A stretch of 64,000 nucleotides of DNA from Ignisphaera sp. (GTDB lineage Archaea; Thermoproteota; Thermoprotei_A; Sulfolobales; Ignisphaeraceae): positions 48,841 to 112,840 of the forward strand of contig JAWASI010000001.1 of assembly GCA_038892955.1 (NCBI GenBank). The letters are read 5' to 3'. The notes beneath the pieces are model-generated. The model was not told where the DNA came from. It did no database searches and worked only from the letters and a program-made list of their open reading frames with translations. The position numbers and the translations under genes were made by a program. This document shows, in pieces, positions 58,720 to 64,000 of this stretch. Every line of letters begins with the position of its first letter. Positions within the stretch are counted from its first letter, which is position 1.

Positions 58720-60060
58720 TTACTTCTTATGTCTTTTCTTTACCTTAATGATTAATCCTCTTCGCTCTACTACCTCTATTTCCTCACCAGGCTCTATAAT
58801 TTCATCGCTTTCAGCCATCCAAAGTTCTCCATTAATCAAAACATACCCTTTGCTACTAGGGGTCAACCTATCAATTGCTTTACCAACAATTCTTTCCTCA
58901 GGTGTATACGACACTAGTTTAGGGGATCTCAAAGCCTTAATGCTTTTATATAGTATGAATAGAAACAGAGATCCTAGAGATACAACAAATATTATTAATG
59001 CGCGCCATATTGACATAACGTCGACGGCATACGAAGCTGTTGGTAACGGAGATAGTAGTACCCCTGTAATTAAAGCTATCAAGCCTGAAATGCCAAGTAT
59101 TCCAAAGCCTGGAGTAATGAAAAGTTCTACAAATAGTAGTATAGAGCCTAAGGTTACCAGCAAGATGGATACGATCCTACTGCTTATATCGCTTCCTACT
59201 AATGCTAAAAGTAAGAGTATAATAGTTATAGGTAGAAGCTCTATTTTACCTGATGTTATAAGAATAAGCGTTCCAAATATTCCTATGAAGAGCAGTACAG
59301 AGTTTACAACAGAGTTTCTAAGAAATGTCATAGCATAGATGTCTATATCAGGATTCACTTCTTCGTATTTAACTATTTCTAATCTCCATATAACACCCGA
59401 TATATTTAATTCAATTCCTTGAATTACACTAAGAACCTCATCTAATGATTCAGCAAGATAATTAGCTACACCAAATTTTACAGCTTCTTCGCCTGTTAGC
59501 ACTAGGTTTTCATAGACAAATCGCTTAACTAAAGATTTATTCCTATTTCTAAGGCTAGAGCATATTTCTAACGTTTTAATTATTGGGTTAATAACTTTAC
59601 TCTCGTTTAAAAAAACTATTTCTCCTGTGACTGGGTTTATTGTAATAGGTTGTGTAGCACCTATAACAGCAGTACGGCTCATTACAAGCACATGTGAAGC
59701 TAACGCGATTACCGTGCCCGCACTATATGCTTTACTCTTTACATAGACTATCGTAGGCACTTTGCTTTCTAGCAATAGCTTAGCAATATTAAGAGCTGGA
59801 TCAAGGTAACCACCATAGGTATCCAAGAATATTATAAGTGGAATACCTCTACTCTCAGCTATGTTAAGCGATCTGCTGACATATTCTTGTACAGGCGCAT
59901 CAATTAGTGATGTATAACCTTCAATTTTAATCAAAATAGCGTTATCGCTTATTTCCACATTTGATTGTAGACTTAATAAAGAAGGTACATAGAATATTAG
60001 GGAGGCTATGAATATGCAAAAAAATGCCAATAATTCTTTATTTCGTAGCACTTTCACCAA
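58720..60060 (-). CDS. NfeD-family membrane-bound serine protease
   Basis: LDTYGG, AYSAG, TM helices, ELFITPGFG, C-terminal G.V.INGELW.A. Confidence 0.9.
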   Translation of the reverse strand: MVKVLRNKELLAFFCIFIASLIFYVPSLLSLQSNVEISDNAILIKIEGYTSLIDAPVQEYVSRSLNIAESRGIPLIIFLDTYGGYLDPALNIAKLLLESKVPTIVYVKSKAYSAGTVIALASHVLVMSRTAVIGATQPITINPVTGEIVFLNESKVINPIIKTLEICSSLRNRNKSLVKRFVYENLVLTGEEAVKFGVANYLAESLDEVLSVIQGIELNISGVIWRLEIVKYEEVNPDIDIYAMTFLRNSVVNSVLLFIGIFGTLILITSGKIELLPITIILLLLALVGSDISSRIVSILLVTLGSILLFVELFITPGFGILGISGLIALITGVLLSPLPTASYAVDVMSIWRALIIFVVSLGSLFLFILYKSIKALRSPKLVSYTPEERIVGKAIDRLTPSSKGYVLINGELWMAESDEIIEPGEEIEVVERRGLIIKVKKRHKK

Positions 60061-60853
60061 CCTTTTTAGAATACTTAGCAGATAATGCTGATGAGATTGT
60101 TGCGGCAGAGGCTATCTCTTTTAACGATGTTTCCGTTATTACTATTAAATTCTTTTCCTTAGCTATATCTGTATATGTTTGTAGTTCTCTTAACCTTAAA
60201 GCAGATGGATGACTTTCATATATTGTTGCAGCTTCTGCTATTATTTTTGCTGCCTCTCTTTCAGCTTCTGCTTCAATAATCCTTGCTCTTCTAAGTCTTT
60301 CAGCTTCTGCCTGTTTAGCTATAGCTCTTATGAGATCTGGAGGCAATTCTATAGATTTCAGTGTTAGAAGAGAAACCTTTAAGCCCCAAGCCTCAGTAAC
60401 ATTATCTACAATAGACTGTATCATTTTTGCTACAATTTCTCTCTGAGTTAATAACATATCAAGGTCGATTTGACCTATTACATCCCTTATTGAAGTTTGT
60501 GTAAGGAGCGCTATAGCGTAATGGGGATCTTTAACCTTTAACACAGCTTTTTCGGGATCTACAATACGGTAATATACTACAGCATCAACTGTTACAGTTA
60601 CATTATCTTTAGTTATAACTTCTTGTTTTGCGACATCAATTGTTGTTAGCCTTAGGTCTATAATAATACCTCGATCTATAAAAGGTGCGAGAATCACGAG
60701 ACCAGGACCTTTAATACCTTGGTATTTACCTAACCTAAGAATTATAATTCGTTCCCACTCTTTTATAACTCTTACACATTTTGCTAGAATCGAGGAAAGA
60801 ATAATTATGACTAGCAATATCATAACAATTGTTAGAGGATCCAATTGATTCAC
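60038..60853 (-). CDS. Stomatin/SPFH (slipin) protein
   Basis: WER.IILRLG, ITKDNVTV.VDAVVYYR, QAEAER; paired with NfeD. Confidence 0.93.
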   Translation of the reverse strand: MNQLDPLTIVMILLVIIILSSILAKCVRVIKEWERIIILRLGKYQGIKGPGLVILAPFIDRGIIIDLRLTTIDVAKQEVITKDNVTVTVDAVVYYRIVDPEKAVLKVKDPHYAIALLTQTSIRDVIGQIDLDMLLTQREIVAKMIQSIVDNVTEAWGLKVSLLTLKSIELPPDLIRAIAKQAEAERLRRARIIEAEAEREAAKIIAEAATIYESHPSALRLRELQTYTDIAKEKNLIVITETSLKEIASAATISSALSAKYSKKVGESATK

Positions 60854-60980
60854 CTCTTACTCTAGAGTTTAGAAGTATGTATAAGGATTATAAGCTCATA
60901 GCCAGAGATAAAACACCTAAGATAATATACTTAGTAGTATGTATTCCAAGTTATTAACTAAATAATAGGTTGTTCTAAAT

Positions 60981-61496
60981 TTAGATTATTCGAGAACCTT
61001 TAGATTTCAATTTGAAGATCACTACTACATCACCTGTACCGGAAACTTCTATATTAGCAGTTTTAGCTATTCCTATGAGTAAATGTGTTAATACTTTTTT
61101 TACGCTTGATGTAGGTACTAGTACAAGTGAATTTCTTTGAACTATGGCAAGATCGTTTCTAAGGGCAAATCTTTCAATGAATTCTATTATGTCTATTCCC
61201 AACTCTGATAATGCTTTACCTATCTTCTCTCCTATGACCTCTGCTTCTCCGGGTTTAACCATCGTTTCAACAAGTTCGGTTGGTATATAAACGAAACCTA
61301 ATTTAGACAATACCAACTCAATTCTTTTTTCGTACAGTATTTCGGGGACGTAGTATCCAAATTTTTCAAGTTCAATTACTTCTTCTAAAAGCTTACGCAG
61401 ATAACCAACGATACTCATTCCTCGGGATTTAGATATGTTTTTCAGCTCTTCAGCTAAATCTGTGTCAAGACCTATACATCTTCTACTCTTCGACAA
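60981..61496 (-). CDS. Hypothetical protein with N-terminal ribbon-helix-helix-like motif
   Basis: RRCIGLD.DL.EELK.ISKSRGMSI..YLRKLL. Confidence 0.65.
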   Translation of the reverse strand: MSKSRRCIGLDTDLAEELKNISKSRGMSIVGYLRKLLEEVIELEKFGYYVPEILYEKRIELVLSKLGFVYIPTELVETMVKPGEAEVIGEKIGKALSELGIDIIEFIERFALRNDLAIVQRNSLVLVPTSSVKKVLTHLLIGIAKTANIEVSGTGDVVVIFKLKSKGSRII

Positions 61497-62055
61497 ATCC
61501 TTTCACCCGGGCAACAATAAATACATCTTTAATTTCTATTTCTGAGGCTTGAAGATTGTATCCCTTAATTAAGCCCTCAAATAAGCACTTGGCTATGCTA
61601 ACCACCTCTGGACCATGACCTATAAAGCTCACGATTATCTTGTATTCATTTCCTTCTATAGTCACATCTATAGACGATGTTGGTAACCATAGAGATAGAG
61701 CGCGTTTAAGTTCATCTACTGTCGTAGCTCTTTTGATTCTACTTAGTTCACCGAACCACGTGCCGATCCTAACATATTCTCTACATAAATTATCAAAATC
61801 TTTAGAACCAAAGCTATTGAGCAGTTGATTTAATATAGGCATGGGCATCATTACTCCGCCGAGCCTTTTTATATCATCTAATGCGTCTAAAGCCGATATA
61901 ACATCTAAAACATTACTTTTGTACCTCATTATCTTTAGAATAGATGCTAAAATACGCTCAATGAGAACAAGGTATGGTACACCGATTCGTTCTCCAATCT
62001 TTATGGCTTCATCTATAATCTCCTCAGATATAGGTACCATTCGTCTCCTAGGCAT
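61483..62055 (-). CDS. Hypothetical protein with N-terminal ribbon-helix-helix-like motif (probable paralogue of its neighbour)
   Basis: RRMVPISEEII.EA..I.ERIG; shared LG.V..P...G...G pattern. Confidence 0.65.
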   Translation of the reverse strand: MPRRRMVPISEEIIDEAIKIGERIGVPYLVLIERILASILKIMRYKSNVLDVISALDALDDIKRLGGVMMPMPILNQLLNSFGSKDFDNLCREYVRIGTWFGELSRIKRATTVDELKRALSLWLPTSSIDVTIEGNEYKIIVSFIGHGPEVVSIAKCLFEGLIKGYNLQASEIEIKDVFIVARVKGFVEE

Positions 62056-62325
62056 TTGAACACCCTTAAAAACGTAAGCTACATATAGATTAGGAATATG
62101 CTTGAGGGTATAAATGTGTGTACGATCTTTTGTGGAATGTTTACATTTGGATACATATGTATGTTGCTATTATTCAACAGAATAAACATACGTTTTGTTA
62201 TTAACTCCTAGTTTAATTCATTTAGATATTAACGCCATATTCATGTTGACTATAAACATTACAAGCTTTTAACTACTTAATTCCTATTACCTAGATGTAG
62301 CATCATGGGCACCATTATATTTGAA

Positions 62326-62562
62326 TTAATTCTCTTTAACAAATTTAGCTCTAATTATTTCGTTATCTTCAAAAACATCTGTTATCTTAAACTTCATTCT
62401 ATCAGCTATTATTTCTAAAATCTTAATTGAAGGTATATCATCTTTACTAACTATTATTATTAATTCTTTAGAACTTGCATCATTTAGAATTCTAACAAGT
62501 TTTACTATAGGGTGTTCAACACATGTAGTGCTTTCTTTAGTTAAATCGATAACTTTAGTCAT
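62326..62562 (-). CDS. SirA/TusA-like small protein
   Basis: IDLT....C..HP near the N-terminus, TusA-like size; divergent from moeA. Confidence 0.45.
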   Translation of the reverse strand: MTKVIDLTKESTTCVEHPIVKLVRILNDASSKELIIIVSKDDIPSIKILEIIADRMKFKITDVFEDNEIIRAKFVKEN

Positions 62563-62710
62563 GGTTTACGCCGATTCATACTAGTATGCAACAATAATTT
62601 TAAGTTTGGTGCAGAAATTAACTCTAGTTAGATGTTATTGGGTTTAGGATATTTTGTTAGACGTATTTATATGCTATTAAAGGTATTTCAAATAGAACAC
62701 GGGAATTTTT

Positions 62711-63949
62711 ATGGGTAAAAAAATAGAGAAGTTAATGAAATTAGAAGAAGCTATCGATGTCTTAGCAAAAAATATTAGGATAGAATTAAAACAAGAAACC
62801 GTAAGTATAGTAAATTCATTTCATAGAATTGTATCAAGAGATATTATCGCTGAATATGACTACCCATTTATCGATAGAAGTGCTGTTGATGGTTTTGCTG
62901 TTAGAGCTGAAGATACTTATGGAGCTTCGGAAGCTAACCCAATAAGTCTAAAGGTCGTAGGGGATACTAGATCTCGAGCTTCAATTATGGTCAAACATGG
63001 TGAAGCAGTAAAAATTTACACAGGGGATCCTCTACCCCCAGGAGCTGATGCTGTGATCATGCTCGAAGACGTTGTTGATTACGGTGATACCATATATGTG
63101 TTGAAAAGTCTGGGTAAGTATGCTAACGTTGCGTTGCATGGTGAAGATATCCAGCGAGGGAAGATAATTATTAGGGAAGGTGAAGTAATAGAGCCTAAGC
63201 ATATTGCGGCGCTAACCGCATTGGGGATGAACATTATTGAAGTTTATGAGAGAATACGTGTATGTATTCTGTGCACAGGTAACGAAGTTATAGAACCTGG
63301 TGAAGCAGATATAAAAACAGTGATGGAGAATGGATTTATATTCAATTCTACGGCTTATCTACTGTTAAGTTTCCTCAAAAATTGGCCATTTGTTGAACCA
63401 ATTTACATGGGTATTGCTAGGGATACGATAAACGAAATAAAATTAATGATAAGCAAAGCAATTGATTTATGTCATTTAGTTATAACAACAGGTGGCGCAG
63501 GACCTTCAGATTACGATGTAACGCTCGAGGCATTAGGAGGTATAGGGGGTAGATTGATTGTCAGAGGCATAGCTATGAGGCCTGGAAGACCTACGAGTGC
63601 AGGTATAGTCAACGGTAGACCTATCTTTATGCTATCCGGGTACCCTGTAGCTGCTTTGATAGGTCTTCGATATTTCGTTTTTCCGACATTGGAAAAAGCA
63701 TTAAAGATACGAATACCGAGAAAAGTTGTTGTAGCTAAACTTGTTAAGCGTATTGCTAATGTTGCTGGGTATAGAACTTTTGTTCGCGTAAACTTAAATA
63801 AGTGTCGAAGTGGTTTATGCGCTGAACCTGTTGCATCCATGGGTTCAGGTACTATATCAACACTCTTAGACAGCAATGGTATACTGATTATACCAGAAGA
63901 TGTAGAAGGATTCGAAGAAGGTCAGCTCGTAGAAGTGGAATTGCTATAA
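62711..63949 (+). CDS. moeA: Molybdopterin molybdotransferase MoeA
   Basis: RSAVDGFAV, IYTG.PLP.GADAV, TGNEV, TTGG, RPGRP, LSGYP. Confidence 0.95.
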   Translation: MGKKIEKLMKLEEAIDVLAKNIRIELKQETVSIVNSFHRIVSRDIIAEYDYPFIDRSAVDGFAVRAEDTYGASEANPISLKVVGDTRSRASIMVKHGEAVKIYTGDPLPPGADAVIMLEDVVDYGDTIYVLKSLGKYANVALHGEDIQRGKIIIREGEVIEPKHIAALTALGMNIIEVYERIRVCILCTGNEVIEPGEADIKTVMENGFIFNSTAYLLLSFLKNWPFVEPIYMGIARDTINEIKLMISKAIDLCHLVITTGGAGPSDYDVTLEALGGIGGRLIVRGIAMRPGRPTSAGIVNGRPIFMLSGYPVAALIGLRYFVFPTLEKALKIRIPRKVVVAKLVKRIANVAGYRTFVRVNLNKCRSGLCAEPVASMGSGTISTLLDSNGILIIPEDVEGFEEGQLVEVELL

Positions 63950-64000
63950 CTTAAATCTACCTTAGCTTAGTTATCTTTAGCAGGTCGCAGTATATGTCCA

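Noticed and set aside
58748-59338. 196-aa plus-strand ORF and similar short antisense ORFs inside purA, top6B, thermosome, tpiA and moeA
   Set aside because: They lie fully opposite well-supported genes and have the Ser/Ile/Pro-rich composition of shadow ORFs.

Overview
AT-rich core chromosome of a crenarchaeon, most likely Desulfurococcales (inferred from Rpo8, PBP2, SmAP3, L13e and an EndA structural subunit). The window is dense with housekeeping genes for translation, tRNA/rRNA modification, topoisomerase VI, Fen1, Hjc/PINA, thermosome, gluconeogenesis and molybdopterin/sulfur relay. It also holds 4 tRNAs (2 with introns), RNase P RNA and at least 4 C/D box sRNAs. No CRISPR array or mobile element was seen. 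The best non-obvious observations are: (1) a 27-aa (EEEEW)n micro-ORF with a strong SD directly upstream of ABCE1; (2) a replication origin candidate with three ORB elements between tiaS and rnpB and no cdc6 in the window; (3) a ~75-nt GC-rich structured RNA candidate that I cannot assign to any family; (4) an A in place of the conserved bulged U in RNase P helix P4; (5) two genes whose conserved N-termini have no in-frame ATG/GTG/TTG; (6) a tetrabrachion-like S-layer stalk protein with beta-layer motifs, divergent from two pilin-like genes. All assignments come from reading motifs by eye; no database searches were run.
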